From an uncultured Acidimicrobiales bacterium (lineage in GTDB: Bacteria > Actinomycetota > Acidimicrobiia > Acidimicrobiales > VFJN01), in the NCBI GenBank assembly GCA_963735375.1, contig CAVTKS010000002.1:68569-132568 (forward strand): a stretch of 64,000 nucleotides of DNA. The letters run 5' to 3'. Below are positions 38,196 to 46,084 of this stretch, piece by piece. Every line of letters begins with the position of its first letter. The first letter of the stretch is position 1. The position numbers and the translations under genes were made by a program. Under the pieces are notes generated by a model. It saw nothing but the letters and a program-made list of their open reading frames with translations, was not told where the DNA came from and did not search any database.

Positions 38196-39928
38196 ATGGA
38201 CGTGCACGTCAGGGTCGACCTCGACGACGACGGGCCGGTGGTGGTCAAGTCGGCCACCGGGCCGGCCGCCGACCGATTGCGCCACGAACGCGAGCGGCTC
38301 GAGCGAGCCCGTCACCCCGGGGTGGTCGCGCTGGCGCGCCACCGCACCGGTGGCGGCGCGGGCGAGCAGCTGGGTGACGCCGATGACGACCGGGAGGGCT
38401 CCGGCTGCCACGAGCTGCGCACCTGCTACGCCGGTGAGCCTGTGTCACGGTGGAGCGGCCCGCTCACCGGTGTCGCCGGTCTGGGTGCCGCGGTCGCCAG
38501 CACCCTGGCCGACCTCCACGATCTCGGCGTCGTCCACGGGCGTGTCGACGCCACCCACATCGTCGTCGGCGACGACGGCCGCCCTCGCCTCTGCGGCCTG
38601 TCCCATCGGGGCGACGCAGCACCGGCCGACGACGTCGCCGCGCTGGGCTCGGTGCTCACCGACCTGGTCGCACGCGCTCCGAACGACCGACGGGGCCCGC
38701 TGCGACGGGCGAGAGGCTCTGCTGGCGATCGCCGGGCGCTGCTCCAGGTCGTCGAGCGGGCCACCGATCCGGTGCCGACCCGCAGGCCGTCGGCCCGTGT
38801 GCTGGCCGACGCGATCCTGACCGCCGTCCCCACCGCCGCCCTCCCGATCCTCGCCGGGCGCGGGCCGGCCGCCCGGCGCGACGGGCCCGGCGCTGCCGCC
38901 GAGGTCGGGCCCGACCGGGGCGCCGACGGCGCGTCGACCGCTGGTCCTCGCCGGCGCCAGCCCGACACGCTCGACCGCATCTGGTCGTTCGCGGACGACC
39001 GCTCCGACGACGAGCGATGGGCCGCGGCCTTCGGTGGCGGTCCACCCGATCTGCCGCCCACCAGCGCCGAGCCGCCCTTGCCCATCGTCGAGGTCGACAC
39101 CCTCGACTGGTTCGCCGCGTCGACACCCGACCGCCGCGACCCATGGTGCGACGACCTCGACGTCACGGCGAGCACCGACGTCCTCGACCCGTCGTCGGAT
39201 CACGGCGACCCTGCCGACGACGCCGCGCCCGACGCAGAGGGCTACGACGACACAGAGGGCTACGACGACACATTTGGCGGCGGCGATTCGGCGAGCTACG
39301 GCGCCCGCAACGGCTCCGATCAGGCCTTCACGCGCGAGCACCGCGCCGCCACCGGTCGGGTGTCCCCCATCGCCCGTCCGGCCCGTGTCGCCGCACCCGA
39401 TGGCCGTTCCGCCTCGGGGAGCGGTCGTCGCCGACTGACGCTCGCCGCAGCCGCAGTGGCGATCGGCGGGGTCGCGGTGGCCGGGGCGATGGTCCTCGGA
39501 TCGGGGGGTGGCGCCGACTCCTCCCGGTCCGGGCCGCCCCCGGCCGCCGCCACGCCGGACGACTGCCCGCCCGCGGCCCGACCCGCCGCCGACGTCGACG
39601 GCGACGGGTGCCCGGAAACTCTGGCGGTCGAGGGCGGCATGGTCGATGCCGGCGTCGCATCGTGGTCGCTCGGCGAGCCGGGCGACCACGTCACGGTGGG
39701 CGACTGGGATTGCGACGGCGACGCATCGGCCGCGCTCCTGAGACCGTCGACAGGCGACGTGTTCGTCTTCTCGTCGTGGGCCCAGGTCGACGATCCGGTG
39801 ACCGTCAGCTCCAGCCAACGCGTCGAGGGCGGCGTCGGCATACGAGCGGAGGCAGGCGACCAGGCGTGCGATCTGCTGCGTGTCGACCTGTCCTCCGGCG
39901 GGGCGGCGACGGTCGAGCTCCCCGATGA
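38196..39928 (+). CDS. Membrane pseudokinase: degenerate Ser/Thr-kinase-like domain, acidic linker, TM, DxDGDG/GDWDCDGD ectodomain; 3' end inferred
   Basis: Kinase-like landmarks have the catalytic residues replaced: VVVKSA, HPGVV, HGRVDATHIVV in place of HRDxKxxN, LCGLS in place of DFG, and no G-loop. TM is LTLAAAAVAIGGVAVAGAMVL. The frame has no stop until 41192. A 1-nt change at C-run 39920-39923 would give ..TVELPR* with TGA overlapping the LysM gene ATG. Confidence 0.6.
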
Positions 39929-40848
39929 TCCGCGACGGCGTGCGGGCGACGGTGCGGCTCACCGCGTGGACGGCTGGCCTCGTCCTCGTTGCCCGCCTGC
40001 TCCTGGCGGCCGGGACGGAGTCGCTGTCGGTGCCGCTGACCTCGGGCGACGACTTGTCGACCTGGGTGTCCGAGACCCCCCCGGCCGACATGGCCATCGC
40101 GTTGCTGCGCCTGGCCGCACTCGCGGCCGTGGCGTACCTGCTGGCGGTGACCGCCCTGGCCGTGCTGGCCCGCGTCGTCCGTATCCGCGGGCTGGTGGCG
40201 GTCGTCGACCGCATCAGCCCCGGCGTGGTGCGCCGCGTCGTCACGGGTGGCTCCGGCCTCGGGCTGGTGCTGGGCGGGGCCGTGGCGTGGCTCCCGGTCC
40301 CCGACCTGACGCCGGGATCGTCTCGCCCCGAGGTGTCAGCGGTGGCGGCACCGCCGGGAGCGACGATGACGCGCCTGCCCGCGGCGACCGCCACCATGAC
40401 CCAGGCCGCCGGCCCGACCGATACGCCTGCGTCCGCTGCCGAGCCGGCGACGGGCGAGGCCACCATGACCCGCATCGACAGCCCGCCGCGGGCGTCGGCG
40501 ACGATGACGCGCCTCGAACCGTCGCCACCCACGCCGCCGGGCACGGCGGCGCCCCCGGTCGAGGCGGCGCCGGCGGCCTACGAGCCCAGGCCCACGGTCG
40601 TGACGATGCCCGCCGCCGCCACACCACAGATCGACCCGACGAGGTGGATCGTCGAGCCGGGCGATTCGCTGTGGTCCATCGCCCAGGACGTCATGGCCCC
40701 GTCCCCGGGCGCGGGCCTTCGCCCGCGGGCCGTGACCAGGTACTGGCGGCAGTTGGTCGAGGCCAACCGCGCCCAGTTGGTCGATCCCGGCAACCCCGAC
40801 CTGCTCGTCCCCGGCCAGTCCCTCGTCGTCCCACCCCCCGACGACTGA
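39925..40848 (+). CDS. LysM domain membrane protein with repeated ATMT(R/Q) motif
   Basis: ATG 39925 (MIRDGVRATV..). Two or three TM helices, a linker with four ATMT(R/Q) occurrences, and a C-terminal LysM (WIVEPGDSLWSIAQDV..LLVPGQSLVVP). Confidence 0.7.
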   Translation: MIRDGVRATVRLTAWTAGLVLVARLLLAAGTESLSVPLTSGDDLSTWVSETPPADMAIALLRLAALAAVAYLLAVTALAVLARVVRIRGLVAVVDRISPGVVRRVVTGGSGLGLVLGGAVAWLPVPDLTPGSSRPEVSAVAAPPGATMTRLPAATATMTQAAGPTDTPASAAEPATGEATMTRIDSPPRASATMTRLEPSPPTPPGTAAPPVEAAPAAYEPRPTVVTMPAAATPQIDPTRWIVEPGDSLWSIAQDVMAPSPGAGLRPRAVTRYWRQLVEANRAQLVDPGNPDLLVPGQSLVVPPPDD

Positions 40849-40909
40849 TCGGCCGGGCACGGCCGCGCTCCGACGAGCGGCGCCGAAGCCGACGCCGAAG
40901 CCGACGCCC

Positions 40910-42298
40910 TCAGCGATCGAGCCAGCGGGATGTGACCCTGTCGAACCGGCTCTCGCGCTCGCCGGCCGTCGCCTCGTCCAGCGCGGCGGTGACGGCCGCG
41001 TCGAGCGCCGTCTGCCCCTCGGCGATCACCTCGTCGACGACGCCGAGGGCCAGCATGTCCGCCGAGGTGAGTGCCAGACGGTCGGCGACGTCGGCGGCGC
41101 GGTCCGGGTCGCGCTCGAGGATGGCCGCCGCCCCCTCCGGGCCGATCACGGAGAACACCGAGTGCTCGGGCATGATCAGGCGGTCCGCGTAGCTCAGCGC
41201 CAGCGCGCCCCGCTGCCCCCCTCGCCTACGCACACCGACACGATCGCTGTCGGACACTCGGCGAAGGCCCGCAGCGTCTGGGCGATCTCGTAGGCCAGCC
41301 CGTCGGCCTCCGACTCGGGCGACGGGTCGGCACCCGGCGTGTCGACGAGCGTGACCACCGGGAGCCCCAACCGCCCCGCCAGGCAGACCGCCCGTTGCGC
41401 CAGCCGGAAGCCCGTGGGCGTGGGGCGGCCCGCGCCGTGGTAGCGGTCGGTGGCCACCACGACACACCGCCGCCCGGCCACGGTGGCGAGCCCGGCTCGC
41501 ACGACGGGATCGGCGCTCCGCACCTCGAGCCACGACGAGCACAGCCGGGCCACGCGGTCGATGCCGGTCGGCCGGCCGACCGCACGGGCGCGCAGCACCT
41601 CGCCCCAGGCACCGCCGACGTCCGGGTCGGCCCAGGCAGGCAGGGGCCGGGTGGGCAGCGGGCGGTCGCGCAGGCCCAGCGCGACCTCGACCCACTCGGC
41701 CGCCTTGGCGGGCGGCAGCAGCTGGTCGACCAGGCCCTCCTCGTAGGCGGCCTCGGCCGTGTGCGACCCGGGGGGCAACGTCGTGCCCAGGGCTCCCTCG
41801 GCGACGCGAGGCCCGGCGAAACCGATCACGGCGTGCTCGATCGCGGCGCGCACGTCGACCAGCGACGCGAACGAGGCGTAGACGCCCCCCGTCGTCGGCG
41901 AGCCGTACACACCCAGCGACAGCAGGCCGGCCGCCGCGTGGCGGGCGGCGGCTGACGCCGTGCGGGCGAGCTGGACGAGCGAGACCATGCCTTCCTGCAG
42001 CCGTGCCCCGCCCGTGCGGGTGGCCACGACCATCGGCAGCCGTAGGTCGCACGCCCGGTCGTAGGCACGGACGACCCGCTCGCCGACGGCGGCCCCCATC
42101 GTGCCGCCCAGGACCTCGAAGCGCCCCTCGATGTAGGCGTAGTGCTCGGTGCGACCGGTGACCACCGCCTCGCCCGTGTCGGCCAGCGCGCGGCGGCGCT
42201 CGTCGTAGCCGGGGAAGCCGAGCGGATCGCCTGCCAGGACGTCGGCATCCCACTCCTGGACCGAGGGGTGGAACGGCATGGCCGGGAAGTCTCGCATT
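40910..42298 (-). CDS. Fused acetyl-CoA carboxylase carboxyltransferase beta/alpha (AccD-AccA-like), apparent 1-nt deletion at C-run 41208-41211
   Basis: Beta-like N-half (..GGTMGAAVGERV..GGARLQEG..) and alpha-like C-half (..VVTLVDTPGADP..VCVGEGGSG). The frame then switches to GALALSYADRLIMPEHSVFSVIGPEGAAAIL.. ending at 40910. Confidence 0.75.
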   Translation of the reverse strand, partial: NARLPGHAVPPLGPGVGCRRPGRRSARLPRLRRAPPRAGRHGRGGGHRSHRALRLHRGALRGPGRHDGGRRRRAGRPCLRPGVRPTAADGRGHPHGRGTAAGRHGLARPARPHGVSRRPPRGGRPAVAGCVRLADDGGRLRLVRVAGRRARRDRARRDRFRRASRRRGSPGHDVAPRVAHGRGRLRGGPGRPAAAARQGGRVGRGRAGPARPPAAHPAPACLGRPGRRRCLGRGAARPCGRPADRHRPRGPAVLVVARGAERRSRRASRARHRGRAAVCRGGHRPLPRRGPPHAHGLPAGATGGLPGGAVGAPGGHARRHAGCRPVARVGGRRAGLRDRPDAAGLRRVSDSDRVGVRRRGGQRGALALSYADRLIMPEHSVFSVIGPEGAAAILERDPDRAADVADRLALTSADMLALGVVDEVIAEGQTALDAAVTAALDEATAGERESRFDRVTSRWLDR

Positions 42299-42365
42299 CT
42301 GCGTGCAAGATCTACCAGTACCCAGACGTGTCGGCGCGGGCCTGGCCGTCGACCTGGCTCGGGCC

Positions 42366-43427
42366 CTAGTGCAGCCGGAGCGCGACCTCGTTCGCGAGCA
42401 GGCGGCCCCGCATCGTGAGCACGGCGTGGTCGCCGCTCAGCTCGACCAGGTCGGCCAGCTCGTCGACCGGGAGCGACCCGGCCGGCACGCCGGCGCGGGT
42501 GCGCACGGCGAGCTGCAGTGCCTCGAGGCGGCGCTCGGCCTGCTCGAGCCGCTCCCCCGCCGCTTCCGGAGACCGGCCGGCAGCGACGGCGTCGATGTAG
42601 CGCTCCGGCGTGCGGACGTTCCAGAAGCGCCGGCCGTCGCGATGCGAGTGCCCGGCGCACCCGAAGGCCTGGTACTCGCCCATGGTCCAGTAGAGCTGGT
42701 TGTGGCGGCACTGGTGGCCCGGTCGAGCCCAGTTCGAGATCTCGTACCAGGTCAGGCCCGCCGCCTCGAGCGCCTCGGCTGCGATCAGGTACTTCTCGGC
42801 CTGGTCGTCGTCATCGGGGTGGCGTTCGGGGTCGTCTGCCAAGGGCGTGCCCGCTTCGACCGTGAGGGCGTACGCGCTCACGTGGGGCGGGTCGAGCTCG
42901 AGGGCGCCGTCGAGCGTGCGTCGCCAGTCGTCGATCGACTCGCCCGCTCCGCCGTAGATCAGGTCGAGGTTGAAGGTGGGGATACCCGCCGCCCGCACGA
43001 GCTCGACCGCCTGCCGCACGTTGGCGGGGTCGTGCGTGCGGCCGAGCGACCGGAGGACCCGGTCGACCATCGACTGGACCCCGAGGCTCACCCGGTTCAC
43101 TCCCCCGGCGGCGAACGCGGCGACCAGCTCCGGCGTGACCGTGTCGGGGTTGCACTCGACGGTGACCTCGCAGCCCGGCGCCCTGGGGACAGCGTCGAGC
43201 GCGGCGACCAGGCGCTCGGGAGGGACGAGCGACGGTGTGCCGCCACCGACGAAGACGCTCGTGGCCGCAGGCAGGCCTGCGGCCACGGCGCGCTCGATGT
43301 CGGCGCGGCAGGCGTCGAGGTAGGCGTGCTGGAGGTGGTGCCGGTCGGTCCAGGTCGCGAAGGCGCAGTAGTCGCATTTCGCGGCGCAGAACGGAACGTG
43401 CAGGTAGACGCCGAACGGCGTCGCCAC
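42366..43427 (-). CDS. hemW: Radical SAM heme chaperone HemW (HemN-like)
   Basis: YLHVPFCAAKCDYCAF radical-SAM CxxxCxxC motif. 353 aa. Confidence 0.88.
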   Translation of the reverse strand: MATPFGVYLHVPFCAAKCDYCAFATWTDRHHLQHAYLDACRADIERAVAAGLPAATSVFVGGGTPSLVPPERLVAALDAVPRAPGCEVTVECNPDTVTPELVAAFAAGGVNRVSLGVQSMVDRVLRSLGRTHDPANVRQAVELVRAAGIPTFNLDLIYGGAGESIDDWRRTLDGALELDPPHVSAYALTVEAGTPLADDPERHPDDDDQAEKYLIAAEALEAAGLTWYEISNWARPGHQCRHNQLYWTMGEYQAFGCAGHSHRDGRRFWNVRTPERYIDAVAAGRSPEAAGERLEQAERRLEALQLAVRTRAGVPAGSLPVDELADLVELSGDHAVLTMRGRLLANEVALRLH

Positions 43428-43465
43428 CTCGGGCGAGCGTTCGGTCGTCGTGGTCGGCCCCTGGC

Positions 43466-44017
43466 TCAGCGGACCAGGCAGAGGCCCAGGCTGTCGAGCC
43501 GGGCGGGCACCTGATCGGGGTGGCAGTCGAGGATGCAGGCCACGGCGCGCAGGTCTTCACGCCGGATGGTGAGCATGCGGCCGTTGTAGTCGCCCCGCTG
43601 CACCTGGATCATGCGCAGGTAGCGGGCGAGCATCTCGCCCTCCTGTCCGCCGAGTTGCTCGACGGCACCGAGGTCGATGGTGACCGGGCGGTCGTCGCGG
43701 CGCGGGCCGCGCATGCGCTCGGTCAGGTCGACGACCTGCTCGTCGCCCGCGGGCGCACGAATGCCCAGCTCGTCGTCGCTCGGCAGCATCTGGTCGACGG
43801 GTACGCGGTAGAAACGGGCGAGGCGCTGCAGCCGGGGCACCGAGATGGCGCGCTCGCCCCGCTCGTAGGCTCCCAGCACCGAGGCCTTGAACTCGTGCTC
43901 GGACGCCGCTTCGACATCTTGCAGCGACAGGTGCTTCTGGCGGCGGATCGAGCGAAGCCTCGTGCCGACCTTGGCGGCGTAGCCGCTGTCGCGTTCGACC
44001 TCGAGATCGGTGTCCAT
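43466..44017 (-). CDS. XRE-family transcriptional regulator
   Basis: GAGGGAGGAAAA RBS. HTH segment VGTRLRSIRRQKHLSLQDVEAASEHEFKASVLGAYERGERAISVPRLQRLARFY. 183 aa. Confidence 0.75.
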   Translation of the reverse strand: MDTDLEVERDSGYAAKVGTRLRSIRRQKHLSLQDVEAASEHEFKASVLGAYERGERAISVPRLQRLARFYRVPVDQMLPSDDELGIRAPAGDEQVVDLTERMRGPRRDDRPVTIDLGAVEQLGGQEGEMLARYLRMIQVQRGDYNGRMLTIRREDLRAVACILDCHPDQVPARLDSLGLCLVR

Positions 44018-44069
44018 GGTTTTCCTCCCTCGGCCGTCCCCAGCAGTACGGCCAGACCCAGGCGTGCCG

Positions 44070-44090
44070 GCCCTGAGATCTGCTCAGGGC
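44070..44090. promoter_or_regulatory. Dyad GCCCTGAG-N5-CTCAGGGC upstream of the XRE regulator gene
   Basis: Perfect 8-bp arms read directly, 53-73 nt upstream of start codon 44017 (minus strand). Candidate autoregulatory operator. Confidence 0.3.
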
Positions 44091-44212
44091 AGGCGAGTCC
44101 CTACTCTACGCACTGGGCGACGCGACGGACAATCACTGCGAGTGCGCCTCCCTCACAACCGTCCCTCGCATCATGACGCGAAACGTGTCACGAAACCACT
44201 CTTCGTGATCGA

Positions 44213-44941
44213 CTAGCGCGCTTCGACTACCAGTTGGGCACGGAGGGCGGCCATCAACGCACCGACTGTGATTGCTGCAGTCTCTGCACGAAGAACGTGG
44301 GCGCCGATGCGGGTCCGGGGTAGGTCGGCGCCGCGTTCGCTCGGTGACCATCCCCCTTCGGGACCGACCAGCACGACCGGTCGCGCCAACGTGGGCGGGT
44401 CGCCGTCGAGGTCGGCCATCGTCGCTCCCACGAGGCCGGCCACCTGCGCGAACGATGCCACCTGGTCGACCTGGGGCAGCCATGTGCGCCGGCACTGGAC
44501 CGCGGCCTGGCGGGCGATGTCGGTCAACCGCGACACCTGGCGGTCGGCCTTCGTCTCGTCCCAGCGCACCACGCCGCGCTCGGCCATGAACGGGATCAGT
44601 CGGTCGACGCCGAGCTCGGTGAGCTTCTGCACCGCCAGCTCGGGCCGATCGCCCTTGACCACGGCGAACGCCACGGTGATCTCCGGCCGCGCACGTCGTT
44701 CGGTCGCGATCTCGCCGGTGACGTCGACATCGACGTCATCGGTCAGCCGGCCGCTCCGCCAGCGCCCGGCGCCGTCACCGACCGTGACGTCGCTGCCGGG
44801 CGCGAGGCGCAGCACCCGTGCGAGGTGGTGGTGGTCGTCGGACGACAGGCGCGGCGCGCCGAGGTCGTCGACGAACACGTGCGCCCGGGCCGTCAGGGGC
44901 GTGACGCCGGCAGCGCCCCCACCGGGGCCGACACCGCGCAC
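44213..44941 (-). CDS. rsmE: 16S rRNA (uracil1498-N3)-methyltransferase RsmE
   Basis: HVFVDDL N-terminus and C-terminal VLVGPEGGWSPSE motif. 242 aa. Start may be internal. Confidence 0.85.
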   Translation of the reverse strand: MRGVGPGGGAAGVTPLTARAHVFVDDLGAPRLSSDDHHHLARVLRLAPGSDVTVGDGAGRWRSGRLTDDVDVDVTGEIATERRARPEITVAFAVVKGDRPELAVQKLTELGVDRLIPFMAERGVVRWDETKADRQVSRLTDIARQAAVQCRRTWLPQVDQVASFAQVAGLVGATMADLDGDPPTLARPVVLVGPEGGWSPSERGADLPRTRIGAHVLRAETAAITVGALMAALRAQLVVEAR

Positions 44942-44947
44942 GGCCGC

Positions 44948-46073
44948 TTACTTGAACGCGGAGCGGATCTTGGACATCAGCCCGCTCGGGGGCGGGGCCA
45001 CGGCCTCGCCCCGCAGGTCGGCGAGCCGGCGGATGACCTCCTCCTCGTCCTCCGAGAGCTCGGTGGGCACGTCGACGACCACGTCGACGAGCAGGTCACC
45101 GCGGTTGCGGCGCTCGAGGTGCGGGACGCCGCGGCCCCGCACGCGGAAGGTGGTCCCCGACGCGGTACCCCGAGGGATCTCGATCTCCTCGGTGCCGTCG
45201 AGCGTCTCGAAGTCGAGGCTCGTGCCCAGCGTCGCCTGCGTGTACGGCAGGTGGACCGTGCTGTGCAGGTCGGCGCCGTCGCGCTCGAACCGGGGATGCG
45301 GCTTCACCCTCAGGTGGACGTACAGGTCGCCCGCCGCGCCGCCGCGCGGACCCGACCGCGCCGCGGCCGGACAGCCGGAGCGTGGACCCCGAGTCGACCC
45401 CCGCAGGGATGTCGACGGTGTAGGTGCGTTCCTCGACCGAGCGGCCCTCGCCCCGGCACTCGACGCACGGGCTGGCGATGATCTGACCCGAGCCGCTGCA
45501 ACGGGCGCACGGCGACGAGGTGACCATCTGGCCGATGAGCGATTGGCGCACGCGCTGCACCTGGCCCGTGCCCTGGCACTCGTAGCAGGTCACGGGCTCG
45601 GTGCCGTCGGCCGCACCGGTGGCCCGGCACGCGGTGCACGCCACGGCGGTGCGCACGGACACGGCGTGCTCGCACCCGAAGACCGCCTCCGTGAACTCGA
45701 GGTCGGCAACGACTTCGAGATCGGAGCCGCGAGGCGGACCGGAGGGGCGCCGGTTGCCGCCGCCGAACGGGCTGCCGCCGAAGAACGCCTCGAACACGTC
45801 GCCGAGGCCGCCGCCAGCAAAGCCGAACGGGTCGCCCGTCGGCGCGCCGCCGTTGACACCGTCGGGGCCGTACGTGTCGTACCGCTGCCGCTTCTCGGGG
45901 TCGGACAGCACCTCGTAGGCGTGCGCCACCTGCTTGAAGCGGGCTTCGGCCTCGGGGTCGCCGTGGCCCGTGTCGGGGTGCAGCTCGCGGGCGAGCCGGC
46001 GGAACGCGCGCTTGATCTCGTCGGCGGTGGCGGTGCGGGAGACGCCGAGCAGCTCGTAGTAGTCGGTGGCCAC
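44948..46073 (-). CDS. dnaJ: Molecular chaperone DnaJ, apparent 1-nt insertion at C-run 45351-45353
   Basis: GTG 46073. J domain (DYYELLGV..HPD), G/F region and 4x CxxCxGxG zinc finger in one frame up to ..LRLSGRGAVG. PRGGAAGDLYVHLRVKPHPRFERDG.. to stop 44948 is in another frame. Confidence 0.85.
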
Positions 46074-46084
46074 GGTTCTCTTTC

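Noticed and set aside
33979-40865. Inverted 8-mer CGGCCGTG/CACGGCCG at the borders of the putatively inverted block
   Set aside because: GC-rich 8-mers are expected by chance in this composition. It is not adequate evidence for a recombination site.
40881-40908. 12-bp tandem CGCCGAAGCCGA x2.3 between the LysM and accD/A stops
   Set aside because: Too short and GC-simple to interpret. Probably slippage in a convergent spacer.
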